Shown here piece by piece: positions 27,901-42,076 of a stretch of DNA of 64,000 bases (its first letter is position 1; each line of letters begins with the position of its first letter). A program made the translations under genes and the position numbers. The stretch lies in contig NMRA01000634.1 in NCBI GenBank assembly GCA_002633005.1, positions 62,001 to 126,000 on the forward strand. The letters run 5' to 3'. Source of the stretch: Phoronis australis (Eukaryota > Animalia > Phoronida). A model generated the notes under the pieces. That model was given only the letters and a program-made list of their open reading frames with translations, was not told where the DNA came from and made no database searches.

Positions 27901-30900
27901 GACGGTACTATTTTTTGACTTTCAGATCCATTCTTCACTTGTGACACCGTGAAAAGCAGTGAAGCTGATGGTAATCAATTCTCTTGTGGAGCAATAGGTA
28001 TATACTTAAGTATTGTGAGCGTATTGTTGTAATTTGGTTGAAAACCGACCAAAATGAACAGAAAAATGCGATACATTATTCTTTTTTCATATTCGGGGCC
28101 ATCGTTTATCCCACTGTCTGTAGTCTTCATAAGATAATTACAACTATAAAACATAGGTCTCTTACGCATGTATGACGCATGCAGTTTCAGTCATCCATTC
28201 GTGTTTGCCTTAGTACAGAGGAAGGATACGCTAATCTAGATTTTCAGCTAACTACAGGAGTCCAAATTTTCAATAATTGTGAATATTCTACAGCGATACT
28301 CTTAGGTTATGTTTTGACGCTACCGTTTTATGTCACCAAGGAAGAAGAGATCCAAATGTGTTTTATCTCTCATTTCAGCCACCTGGATGGATCATTTTAC
28401 CTACGTCCAAGCCGCAGTATTGGCAGGTTACAATAATGAATTGCCGGACAGCGACAAAAATGCATGTCTCCAGCAATGTCACGACTCTGCCAGTTGTAAA
28501 ACTATCGACTATAAAGACAAAGCAGGTAATAAACTACTAAAAAGTAATGCCTCTTGAATTTTTTGTTCATAAATTCGACAGTGACGTTTATTTTGAAAAA
28601 TTCAAAAATGCCCTAATAGTATAAGTCAAGACACACATTCTTATATTAAGTTTAATACAACAACCCAATTATTAATTTCACAGTGAAGCTTTTGTAGTGA
28701 CGTGAATCTGAACCAAAAGTCACAAAATAGAGATTCCAAAGACATTTGGTTCGCACACGGATTCAACGAAATGCAAATTTACGAAAACTACATACCTCAT
28801 AACGTTGGGATGAATGAGTCTGTAAGTCTATAAATGAATTAATAAATGGTTTTATTGAGTATAATGCTTCTTGTATGGAGTTCCAACAGCTTGATACCGG
28901 CTGATGGTCAATGGCATTCCGTGGAGCACCACTGATTCCTACTGAAAGTGAAAGAAATTAGACAATAAATCCATAAGTTTAGTAGAAGTTACATAACAAT
29001 TGTTCGAAGGTGCAGAGAGGAGGCAGTGTGTCCTAATGTAATAGATGCCCGCTTTCTTTACTCGAGGTTGGGAGTTCGAGTCCCCCTGGGCCACATTGTG
29101 AAATCCTGCAGTTATATTTTATTGCAAATCGCACGTCATCAGCTTTTCATTTCGTTCCAGGGAAAACGTTTGTATGCCACATCAGTTACTCAGATCGCTT
29201 TACAGTATCAGAGTACACATCAGGCGACACGTTTTTCGAGCATTTTATTTTTGACAGTTATCGAGGTAAGTGTGGGTGAATTGTCGGGACGTTATTGTTC
29301 AAGTATGCTGGTATGTGTAATATGTAAGCCCCTGGAGCCCTCCCTCTTTACATATGTGGGTGCAGTGACAGACTGACTGCGTGGCCATTTGAGGGAAAGC
29401 CCGCGGCACCTTCCTTTCAAATGTTGGGAAAAGGCGACTTTAATATAACTTTCAACATTGATTTTAACGGAATCAAACCACAAAGACAAGAAATATTTTG
29501 GATAAATCGCATTCAAGCTGAATAACATGAATATTGAGCCACGCAGGTTTACAGTCAACACAATATTCTCAGCCGGAAGTTATTTTCTTGGGTTTCTACA
29601 CCGTTTTGTCAAACAATCCCATGTTGTCATGTACTCTGTCACAGCGCCACCTATATGGAAATGTAGCACTGGGAAAGAGTAAGCTGTTATACTGGACTTC
29701 GTATGTAAAGCAGGCATCACGTAATGTAATGTGATATTGCATGGTAGAACGCGCATATATACTTAATATCATTGGTAAACAAATACAAAAACGCAAACAA
29801 GAACATCCATTCGTACACGCATGCGCACCTCAGGAAAGACTATTCTCGTATATGTAAACAATTGCTACATGGAGTTAACATGAGCAATAAAATTTCCCAT
29901 TACTTAAAAAAGCTGTCATGCACAAAATTTTTATACGCAAATAAATCTTCAGCATTTTAGTACTCATGAGTATATGTAACAAACTTGTGAATATTAGGTA
30001 TATTTTTGACACCCCTCCTTGTAAATCTACTGTTTGGCTAATAATAGCAAAATGTTTAATAAGAAATCATGCGTCTCATAAAGTCCAAGTATAACACGAT
30101 TGTAAGAAAAACAGTTGGGAAGCTGAATGTGACACTTTTTGTATTTTTTTAATTCCATTTTCCGGTAAAATGGCGCCTGCAAAAAACGTGAATTTTGTTG
30201 CTCTGTAAATTTTCAAAGTTATCTTCACCTTGTTGCTTGAAATTGGACGACCAACAAGAGCCACATCATTTACTGCACCATTAGACGGCGAGGAAGTTCC
30301 AGAGAATGAACTCGAGTGGTTTTCATCATTAAAAAGGGAGTTAAAAAGGTCTAATGAGGAACGAACTTGTCATGTGAGAATAGTTTATCTGTAGTGCTAA
30401 AGCGATATATGGGCCTCGACAACATCACCGTTGAAAGAGTGCACCCGATTGGCGATAAAGGTACTATCATTGCTAAGTTTTCATTCTATAAACAACGACA
30501 ACAAGTGTGGAAGGAACAGAGAAAGTTTCAAGGTTCGAATTTTTTTGTTATGAGGACTTCCCGCATGAGATCATTGTCAATCGAAAGCGCTTGATACCTT
30601 TTCTCAAGTCAGCGAGACGGTGCCCGCATGTTAACAAATTGGCTGAATAGAGATCGGTTGGTGATTGACGGGAAAACCTATACAGTTGGCAATAAAAATG
30701 CGATTCCCACCTTCAGTGAATAGTGGCGATCAAGAACTCGACAAAGATGGTGTGCAGAGCACCGAAGCAAGTGTTGTTCATAGATTAGTGTTCGTGGCTA
30801 AGGTCTCGTAATTAAAAGTTTCTGAATCAGTATTCGGTAATTCGGTCCTGTTTATTTTTTCTGTGCCCAATCTTTACGGTTATTAGTTATGAGTCCCTAT

Positions 30901-33900
30901 TGTCCTCCTGTAATTTTTATAATTTTGAGAGGTGAAGACATATAAAAACATGTCCTTTATCGGTTGCCCGTGATGAACATAGTACAATTGGTAACATACA
31001 TACGGGTAACTAAATGGTGTCTTATACCCGTTGAGCACTTATTGTCGATAAGTTTCACTGACTGTTTCTTTAGAAGAATTTATCATTTACATTGGTTTAG
31101 GGTTCCTGTGGTTTCGGTTGTTTTTTGGGTGTTTAGAACACACAATGTGATTCATTTGTACTTAATGAGGAAGGTTGTATTGTTCAGTGAGTTTAGAAGT
31201 ACCAATGAGCTAAATATACTAGTTGTATTTATATCATTGAGAAGTACCTTAATTATCTTTTTATGCATCTTTTTAACTTCAGAGATCTAAGAACTCGGTC
31301 AAAAAGACGAGATTTTCCACTGTATAAGGCAACTAGTGTGCGTGCATTATTTTCTATTGTGTTGATGAATATTTATGGACCACTAACAAAGATAACCCTA
31401 AATTTTTTATGACATTTCACACAAAATCGCCAGTTACAATAACTATTTTATTGTGGTTTGTGGCGATTTTAATTTGGTCCAAGATTTTCACCTTGATTGT
31501 CATAATTATATCTACGTGAATAACCCTAAAGCGCGTGACCAAATGCTGGAAATGAAGGTGGCTCTTTATCTGACGGACCCATGGCGTGTTTATCATCCCT
31601 CAGCGAAAATGTTGACATGGTCCAGGAAAATCCGGTTAAAAAAGATGGGTTAGATTATTTTCTTGTTACCCAACAATTACTCTCGCACATCAAAAATGTG
31701 GAAATACAGTCGTGCTACCTATAGGACCATAACAACGTCGTCTTAACTATGCAATCAACTACGTTTAAAAAAGGACCGGGATTTTGGAAATTTGATAACT
31801 CACTTCTAAAAGACAAAGAATATGTCGAGAATGAGATTTTGTTTACGAAAAAACAATCTGCTCTTCCAGTATACGATTTTAACAATATACAAAAAAATGA
31901 CTCTGATAGTCTTCAGTTTTATATATCTGATCGATTGTTTTTGGAGACGGTATTGTTAAATATTCGAACGGTAACTATTCCATATTATATCTCTAAGAAA
32001 AAAAGAAAAAATAGACAAGGAAAAGACTTAGAAGAGCAGTTAATGTCCTTACAAGATATGTTCAATTAGAGTGACGATCCTGAAATTGCTGTATTGGGAA
32101 ATAAGAAGTCAGAATATGAGGATTATCGCAAAGAATACATGCATGGAGTAATGGTCAGATCAAGAGCTAACCGGGTTGAAAACGGCGAAAATCCAACAAA
32201 ATATTTTTGAGCATTAGAAAAACGAAATTTTGTGAATAAGAATGTAACTAAGCTACTAAGGTCAAATAATGCTGTTATCAAGGATCATTCCGCTATCCTC
32301 TCGGAGATCACTTCTTTTTATAAAAATTTATACTCCTGTAAAGACGGCGACCTTGTTGATGTTAGTTTAAATGAATTTTTGGCATCCTGCCCAATGACTA
32401 AATTGAACCAGTCTAACCGAGTCGAACTTGAAAACTTTATCACTTTGGATGAAATTCATGCAACTCTGAAAGATTTAAAAAACAACAAAAGCCCAGGTTG
32501 AGATGTTACAGTAGAATTTTTAAATTTTTATTTTTTTGGCCAGACCTTAAATATTATTTGTTCCGATCTTTTGAAGATGGTATCAATAAAGGAGAAGTAT
32601 CTACAACGCAAAAACAGTGTATTATCTCAATAGTACCAAAAGAAAATATATCAATAAGCCAAGAGAATTCATTAAAGATTGGCGTACAATTTCACTATTG
32701 AATGTTACAAAACGTCTGAAAAGCGTCGTCGGACCCATTATTCACGAGAACCAACAAGGTTTCATGAAAGGCAGATGTATTGGGGAAGACATAAGAATTT
32801 TGTATGATGTAATTTAATTTTTAGACTGTAAACCCTTTCCCGGACTACTCTTGATGAATAATTTTGAAGAAGCTTTCGACTCAGTTTCATGGTCTTTCGT
32901 GCTCATGGCATTATCATACTTTAACTTTGGCCCAAGGTTCATTGACACGGTCAAAACTTTCTACAACAAATCTTGTATTTGTGTTCTCTAACATGGATTT
33001 TTCTCTAAGTTTTTTGAAATAGAGAGAGGCTGCCATCAAGGAGACCCCATTTCTCCTTATCTTTTTGCATTATGTGTAGAAATACTGGGTAATTTGATTT
33101 TAAAAACCAGCTGAAGGAACCGATAATCTGTTCTGGAAGGAAGTTTTAAGCGATGTTGTTCTCCTGTTTCAAATGTGTGACAAAAAGTAAAATATAATTT
33201 ACTCTCCCCTTTGGTATAATTCAAAGATTAAAGTCGGTAGAAAATCTGTTTTCTATCAGACCTGGTATGAAAGGGGAATCTATCGTGTGTGTGATTTGTT
33301 TATGCTGTACGTTCTTTTATGTCATTCGAAGAACTCTGTATCAGTTATAACTTTCAATCTGCAATACTAGAATTCTATGGATTAAGAAGTGCAAGACTGT
33401 GCACCGTTCAAGGGTCTTAAGAATAGACAAGACAATATCTTTTTACTAAATTTTCCAAGTTATATTTATAAAATTCTGCATAATAAATCTCAAGCGGTAA
33501 ATATTTATGACACCTTAGTACAGAAACTTCAGACAGCTTGTTAATATACAAAAAAGTGATCATCTGAAATAGATATAAACGCCGTCATAAATAATGTAAA
33601 TTTTAGTGACCCTGATACATGGTGGAGAAAAGTAAGTAAAGTCTCCTTCAATTGTACAAAAGATACAAAATTGCGTTGGTTTCAATACCGTTTAATTCAC
33701 AAAATATTGCCAACCAATAATTATTTGCATAAAATTAAAATAAAAACAAGTGATTTANCAAAAAACGTGAGTTTTGTTGCTATGTAAATTTTCAAAGTTA
33801 TCTTCACCTTGTTGCTTGAAATTGGACAACCAAAAAGAGCCACATCATTTACTGCACCATTAGACGGCGACGAAGTTCCAGAGAATGAACCCGAGTGGTT

Positions 33901-36900
33901 TTCATCATTAAAAAGGGAGTTAAAAAGGTCTAATGAGGAACGAACTCTCTACAACAAATCTTGTATTTGTGTTCTCTAACATGTATTTTTCTCTAAGTTT
34001 TTTGAAATAGAGAGAGGCTGCCATCAAGGAGACCCCATTTCTCCTTATCTTTTTGTATTATGTGTAGAAATACTGGGTAATTTGATTTTAAAAACCAGCT
34101 GAAGGAACCGATAATCTGTTCTGGAAGGAAGTTTTAAGCGATGTTGTTCTCCTGTTTCAAATGTGTGACAAAAAGTAAAATATAATTTACTCTCCCCTTT
34201 GGTATAATTCAAAGATTAAAGTCGGTAGAAAATCTGTTTTCTATCAGACCTGGTATGAAAGGGGAATCTATCGTGTGTGTGATTTGTTTATGCTGTACGT
34301 TCTTTTATGTCATTCGAAGAACTCTGTATCAGTTATAACTTTCAATCTGCAATACTAGAATTCTATGGATTAAGAAGTGCAAGACTGTGCACCGTTCAAG
34401 GGTCTTAAGAATAGACAAGACAATATCTTTTTACTAAATTTTCCAAGTTATATTTATAAAATTCTGCATAATAAATCTCAAGCGGTAAATATTTATGACA
34501 CCTTAGTACAGAAACTTCAGACAGCTTGTTAATATACAAAAAAGTGATCATCTGAAATAGATATAAACGCCGTCATAAATAATGTAAATTTTAGTGACCC
34601 TGATACATGGTGGAGAAAAGTAAGTAAAGTCTCCTTCAATTGTACAAAAGATACAAAATTGCGTTGGTTTCAATACCGTTTAATTCACAAAATATTGCCA
34701 ACCAATAATTATTTGCATAAAATTAAAATAAAAACAAGTGATTTATGCTCTTTCTGTGGTGAACACAGTGAAACTTTTCTCCATCTGTTTTGGGAATGTC
34801 GTCTTGTCTCCGGTTTCTGGCTCCTATTTGCTGAGTTGTTAAAACAAACATGTCATGTAAATTTTTATGTGGACAAAATAACAATGTTTTTTGGGAAACA
34901 TTCAGTGAGAAAATTGTACATTAATTTGTTGATCGTGCTAGCAAAAAATTACATATTTAGCCAAAAGTTTGTTAAAAAATCGCAATTTTCATAAACTTTA
35001 TTAAACTACATCCTGAAGAAAATACGGTACTTCGGTTGATTCAAAAAGTCTTCGTTACTGGCAACGATTATTTTCTTATAAAAAGTTGTAATACTTCCAA
35101 ATACGTCGTGCCAATAGGAATTGTCAGTAAGAGTGAATGTAGTTCCTGACCACTTTTAGACGCAGGTATTATTCACGATATTTACGAGCACGGCGAGTTT
35201 TAAGCTTTGATGAAAGTATGTATATTAACCATTTGAACTCCCCCTTGATCTAATCCTAAATAAGCCGTAGTTTGTTAAATTAATATTTATGTAAAGCATT
35301 ATATCTGGACGTAGGGGCAGCCATTGACGATGGTCACAATTGTATGAGTATCATTGTTCATCAGGAAATTACGTGAAGGACTCTTTCCTGAGAATAGACG
35401 GGAAAGCAATGAGGAGCAGCAATTTTGCCAGTTACTCGAGCAAGACTGTGAACGAGTGCATGCAACTGTGTTTCGACAACCCTACCTGCAAATCCTTTGA
35501 CTACAAATCCTCGAATGGCGGTTGCTATCTCGGAACTGTAACTCGGCACACGGAATCCAAACTCTTTACAAACTACACGGGGTTTGACTACTACGAGTTT
35601 ACCGGCAGGCGAGGTAAGTGCCAGTGTTCTCTTGTGGAGAATATCTGTTAGGTTGTGTTCAAAAGGCCTAAACATCCGATTTGTGCATATAGTTCCCTCT
35701 GCGTCCAATGAACGAGATTTTTACACACATTTCGGTAACAATGTTTATAGTGTTTAGAATGATAATCAAAACTTTACAACTTTGTAAAGTAAAAAAATGA
35801 CTCCGCACTTTTTTGCGTAAAGGTGCTTTTCTTATATTTTGTCCGTATAAATTGTCGAGATATATTCGAAGCAGGGCTGGTGTATTGTAAACACTAAATA
35901 CGAAAATGAATAATACATTGTAGTTATCTTTGTTTCCGTTTTAGCAACTTCATTTCTCGGCATTTCAAAAACAGAAGCCGCGGTAATTCTCAATTCGGCT
36001 GTCGGTAAATAATCTTCAATAAATAAATGAAAAATCGTGGCATGCTGTTGTTCTTCTATGCTTTGGTGACTGATTAGACAAAAGTTCAGGAAATCGGAAT
36101 CAAAAAACGTGAACGGAAAGTACGCGTTGAGTAAGAGCATAACCGTACGATGATCATTTCAAAAGTAAAAGTACGCGTTCATTGATATGAAGCGCCAAAC
36201 TTTCTCCAACGAGTACATGTACCTTCTGAGCTTAGAAAAGTGTAATATGAAGCCCAAAGGGTTCTTAAACCATGAAACGCCAGGAGTACCTCCCTACTCT
36301 TAGAAATGTGCTTATGCACCGGAGTGCACAACGAGATAACTCATTAGATTTGAGTTCTAACTAGAACTCTTTAATGTCTTAGATCTTAGAGCAAATCCGT
36401 GGCTGATTATAGGCATGGTGCTGTTTTGAAATATTCGTAAATAAGTATAGAATTTCTTGATGGTTCATCTGATAAAAGACAACATTGGGTAATGTTTTTG
36501 ACGCGCAAATTTATAACTTTGGAATAAATTGTGTTTTTTAAATGGCCTGTTTAAGAAACTCTGATTGATTTTTTTATTTTCATCTTGGAAATAGAAAGCG
36601 AGGCTATCAAATATTCCAATCACGATATATTGAGACGGACTAAGCTGAGATATTATTTGGCGAAGTGGGTAAAAAGGTACGCTTCAGAGAAACAAAGTCT
36701 GAGAAAACGAGACAAAAGTCTACTAAAAAGGTGCAGACATACAGTTCACAGACCTGCAGGTGGTACCCCGTTGTTTTAGTCCTCCCGCTTTTTTGTTAGC
36801 AAAAGGTCCACTTTTTCAGAGACTACAGCACCGCATATTAAAGACTGGGTGCGCGCATGATCTAGGCTATGCTCTTACCGAGATAAAGTCCCAGCGAATG

Positions 36901-39900
36901 ATCCTCACGGAGCAGTTTACCTAAAGACGTCCCAATGCATGTACGTTCCGCAACTACTGCTTAGGTTAACTAACTGCGACAGTAATCATAGATATAGGCC
37001 GCCGTTTTTAAATATTGTTTTCTTTTATCACTGTTGGTATTCAAGTAATATCCTCCCCTTTTGAGTCGAAAAAAGACTTGTGTCACGTACAAAAAATCCA
37101 ATATCTACCCAAAATATTTTACAAATTCAACGATAACACCATTGTCACAACCATGAGCCATGCATCTTGTTATCATTCTTTTAAGCAATTAGTTAATTCA
37201 TTGTGTATCGATTGACTGTAGAAATGAAAAGTCACGAGAAATTAGGAATATAGAAATTTACTGAGGGGGCAGTCGTTATTGTAGAAAAAAGAACAAAGGC
37301 ATGGATTCCCACCACGTCCTCTCTCGACTACATCCCCTATAACACCAACTGCCACCACAGACTATGTATGGTGCCTGGTATCAACGAGTCTCAGGCGAGA
37401 GATGCTGTCTATGAAACCTAGGCAATTAATTATAGAGGCACTCAATCCGTTGTACTTACAGCATATCCTACAGACTGCTCATGCAGCGACTGTGCTTCTT
37501 ACGACTATCTGAACGATGTGACGGGCTGCAAATGCCACGGTTCCGACAATTGGGGAATGGTTCTCTGTTGTCACGCAAAAAGTTTGCGAAGACCTCGTAA
37601 GTACACGAAACAAATCGTTGGTGTTTACATGTAACATCTCAGTCGAAAACAGGTTGGGTAATTCTACATAAAATGAAATCGGTGATGATACTAAAGGTGC
37701 ATTAAAAATCGAAAACATTAATGCTAACATAAGAAAATCTATTGTTTTCAGTCAAAAAGGTCCTTCCAAGGCAAATTTGAACCAGTTCTGTGCAAAACCA
37801 GGTTGTACTTAGGTGCAAGTATCTTAAGTTCTGTTATCTACAACCCCTACAAGTATGTATTTTCTGATATGTGAACAAATTTCCTAACCACATTTATTAC
37901 TTTTATTTACTTGCCATTATTTTTTCACGATATATGCGTTTTAGTACTATTATTTTACTTTGTACAAAGATTTGAAAAAATGTTAACTATGTTCGGAATA
38001 TGTCCCGAAAATAATAGGTGCGTCGCAAGCTCCGTTTCCAGAGATACAAAGGAGACCGTGTATAGGCGATATAAGGTCACTTACTATGACTGATAAGGTA
38101 CAGAAATATGAGTGTACAAATAACATAAAGATAAAATAATAATCTCTGGAAAGCTGGGCAATAAAAAGCGCCAGCACTCAGGTAAGAGGAACCACCCAAA
38201 AGAGAGGGTGGAGAGGGTGGGAAAAAATAAAGAGAGATTAGACTAGAACCTAAGTGCTGCTAAAGCGAAGTACTGATGGCAGGAAATACAACTTTAATGA
38301 GAACAAAGGAGCCCTATGACACGTGACAAGCATCAGCCTATGGGAGCCAGGAGCTGACTAAACTCGTTGCAGTAACGCAAACGAACCAATAGTGAGGCTG
38401 GAAATGGAATGTCCTAGTGCAGAGGACCGCATGCGAATCTACACAATTGGTTAATGGACAGTCCGAAAGATCGGGGTATAAGTGGGACGAGTCCATATTC
38501 TCACATAAACATATTTAACGAGTGAAATATCATTTATGTTCGGAATATGTCCCGAAAATAATAGGTGCGTCGCAAGCTCCGTTTCCAGAGATACAAAGGA
38601 GACCGTGTATAGGCGATATAAGGTCATTTATTATGACTGATAAGGTAAAGAAATATGAATGTACAAATAACATGAAGATAAAATAATAATCTCTGGAAAG
38701 ATGGGCAATAAAAAGCGCCACGAGAGATGATGAAGACAGCTCATGCCCATCCGCAGGGACGCACCAAAAGAAAAGGGAGGAAAAAGGAGGCATTGTGTAG
38801 ATTCGCATACTTACGGAGGCTGGCAGCCGAATACCCAACCCTAACTCCAGGGGCCAAGGCTGGAGGTTCTTTTGTAAACATGTTGATAACGGCATTTTCA
38901 AGTGAACGATATGTCAGAATTTTGAAATAAGTCACATTTTTAATTATCCACCTTTAGAGTATTTTGGGCCAAAATGGAAGTAGTCTTGGTTTTTGAAGGC
39001 TTTGTTCCCAAAAACTAGAGCCTAAACCGAGATTCTGAGACCGGTTCCCTTTGGGGGTAATAAGCAGCACGTATTTGAAATTTCATAGCACTCCGGACAC
39101 GCATCGCCGAGAAATTGGTGCTCAAAAATTGAAATAAACTCCAAAATCGCAACGCAAGAATTGGCCAATAACGCACGGCGGCGATCGAGAAGTTCACTTT
39201 TGGCATCATATCAGATCTTTCAGGAGTTTCATGACTGTGACACAGGTAGTCCAATANGGTACAGAAATATGAGTGTACAAATAACATGAGGATAAAATAA
39301 TAATCTCTGGAAAGATGGGCAATAAAAAGCGCCACGAGAGATGATGAAGACAGCTCATGCCCATCCGCAGGGACGCACCAAAAAAGGGAGGAAAAAGGAG
39401 GCATTGTGTAGATACGCATACTTACGGAGGCTGGCAGCCGAATACCCAACCCTAACTCCAGGGGCCAAGGCTGGAGGTTCTTTTGTAAACATGTTGATAA
39501 CGGCATTTTCAAGTGAACGATATGTCAGAATTTTGAAATAAGTCACATTTTTAATTATCCACCTTTAGAGTATTTTGGGCCAAAATGGAAGTAGTCTTGG
39601 TTTTTGAAGGCTTTGTTCCCAAAAACTAGAACCTAAACCGAGATTCTGAGACCGGTTCCCTTTGGGGGTAATAAGCAGCACGTATTTGAAATTTCATAGC
39701 AATCCAGACACGCATCGCCGAGAAATTGATGCTCAAAAATTGAAATAAACTCCAAAATCGCAACGCAAGAATTGGCCAATAACGCACGGCGGCGATCGAG
39801 AAGTTCACTTTTGGCATCATATCAGATCTTTCAGGAGTTTCATGAGTGTGACACAGGTACTCCAATAGGGTACCAGTATTCATAATTTTGAAAGTTTGAT

Positions 39901-42039
39901 TAATTTAAGTAATGCAGAAATTTAGGAATAATCGTTCAGTTTTAGCGACCTAATCGAGCCTACTCGAATGTTGTCGGAGTTAGTGTCATTTAGCTGGACT
40001 AGATCGACGTGACTTTATCGAGAAGGTTTGATGCTTGAACGTGGTGTAAATAAAACTACAGAACAGAAATCATGGAGAATTTTGGAAGGGCACAGAAAGA
40101 AAGACTAAGAGTACTGCGAAATTGGCTGAGGAATGGCCGAGCTGGCGTGAGATTTAACCATGACTTTATGTTGCTACTTAGAACCACCATCACATTGCGA
40201 AATAGTACTAGAACCCTGTCTCTTGGTTTCTTTTCTTGTACAAATCAAGTTCGCAAAACTGTGTTCATTTTATCGGAGACATTCGAGAGTCTGATTTTAT
40301 AAAATCGTAATTCACTGGGCCGGTCATACCGAAGACCGAAGTATTAGCTTACTAACCGAGTATCGTGTTGTTCTGGTTTTGGACTCCATTTGCACCCGAT
40401 GTTGGCCTCATGCAAGATCGACACTCGCCATGCCAGCTGTTGCGGAAGCTTGAAATGGCAGGCTCTAGGTGACGAAACGTTGCTTTAAATTTTCAAATAA
40501 TAGTTTCTGTTTGTCATTGAATGAAGTACATTCGCCGTCGATATATTTCAAGACCCTAATTTAGAAGGCATATAACTGGAGAGCGTTCCGTGAGCCTAGT
40601 TGCTTGCGAGAAAAGCAAGGCCCTGCAAGACTTCACAAAATCATTTGATACAAAACAGCGAGATATTTGAGATATTTGATCGCGAGTAACAGCTCGTGAG
40701 CTTGCTGGCCTATCGTAAGAAAATGGCGTCTACCGGCCGTGAAGTGACTGGCCGGTGAGGTTAGAGTGTTATGTTGTAAGTGTCTTCGTTCCATAGCCTA
40801 TATGTAAGCGAACATTGTTCTCCTCAAGCACGAGCTAATGTTTAGCGGCCTCTGCAAACCTTAGCTAGATATGTCATGTTCTACATGAATTGAAACACCC
40901 CAATGTCCCTTTACAATCTTGAGAGCTAACATCTTGCCACCTCTCGCATTTTCAAAAACTTTCGTCATTCTTTGTTGTGCCTTCATGTTCTTTTGTCCTC
41001 TTGCAGCATGTAAACCCGGCACATATTCACCCACTGGTTACCATGGCGTCATCCGTTGTTTACCTTGTCCTGCTGGGACATTCTCTTTCAACACCGGAAG
41101 TATAGAGTGTCAAAAATGTCCTGCAGGTAAGTTGAACATTTGGTACAAAATAGTCTTCTGGTTTTAGTCATGAGTTGAACGGAGCATTTATTTTCGACCG
41201 TGCTTTAGTGTGTGACTGATACTCTTCAATTAAAAACTGTTTCATTAAACTTGGTTGTCTGTTTTTGCTAATAAACTATGTCGAAAAAATCAAATAGTTT
41301 TCTTTTTAAATTTTGATTAAGGAGATAGCGCTCATGATAATTTTGTTCCTTGTCAGGTTATTACTCGGGTCAAGGTCAGACCCAGTGCACGCCCTGTGAT
41401 TATGGCTCCATTAGCAACATCTCTCGCACAGCATGCGAACCGTGTCCCTCTGGCTACAAGTCTTTATTGGGAGAGTGTTTGGGTAATTTTACTGAGTGAT
41501 TAGTGTTGTCCACAACCCCATAGTTAGGTCAGTATACATTTGCTGTTTCCTTTCCGCTTTCTGCTTAACCCTGAAACCAGGAACTGTGCTAGATCGAAAA
41601 GCCTATCAAAATGGGATTTCCTTGCCCTTGACCTTTTTACGGTTAGAGAGCTGGATTGTGGGACACCGGTGTATCAAGGGAAATGAAACCGACCGCAGAA
41701 AGCAGAAAACATACAACTAAACATTTACAGACAACAGATGGCGAGAAACGGCGCACATCTCACAATGCTTTAACGGCAAAAAGGTGCATGATAGCCAACA
41801 ATGAGTGGGTCTAGCGAACCGAATTGCCAAGTCCATGGAGCTCGTGCTTTTCGGAAGAGCTACTTACGGCCTAAATTTTCTGGGTCCAGCCGGTCTTAAC
41901 CAATCACGAGGCATGGTAATTCGTGTCAATGAAAAGCGTGATGGTTGTGACGGTAAAGGCTAATTTGAAATTTATTTTGAGAGTTCAGTGACCCAGCTTC
42001 GCGCCAATTTCCCAGACATTTTAACAAGGGGAATGCAAA

Positions 42040-42076
<37 letters not shown>

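Noticed and set aside
29022-29094. Functional tRNA gene
   Set aside because: Acceptor and anticodon stems do not pair; treated as a SINE head or pseudogene.
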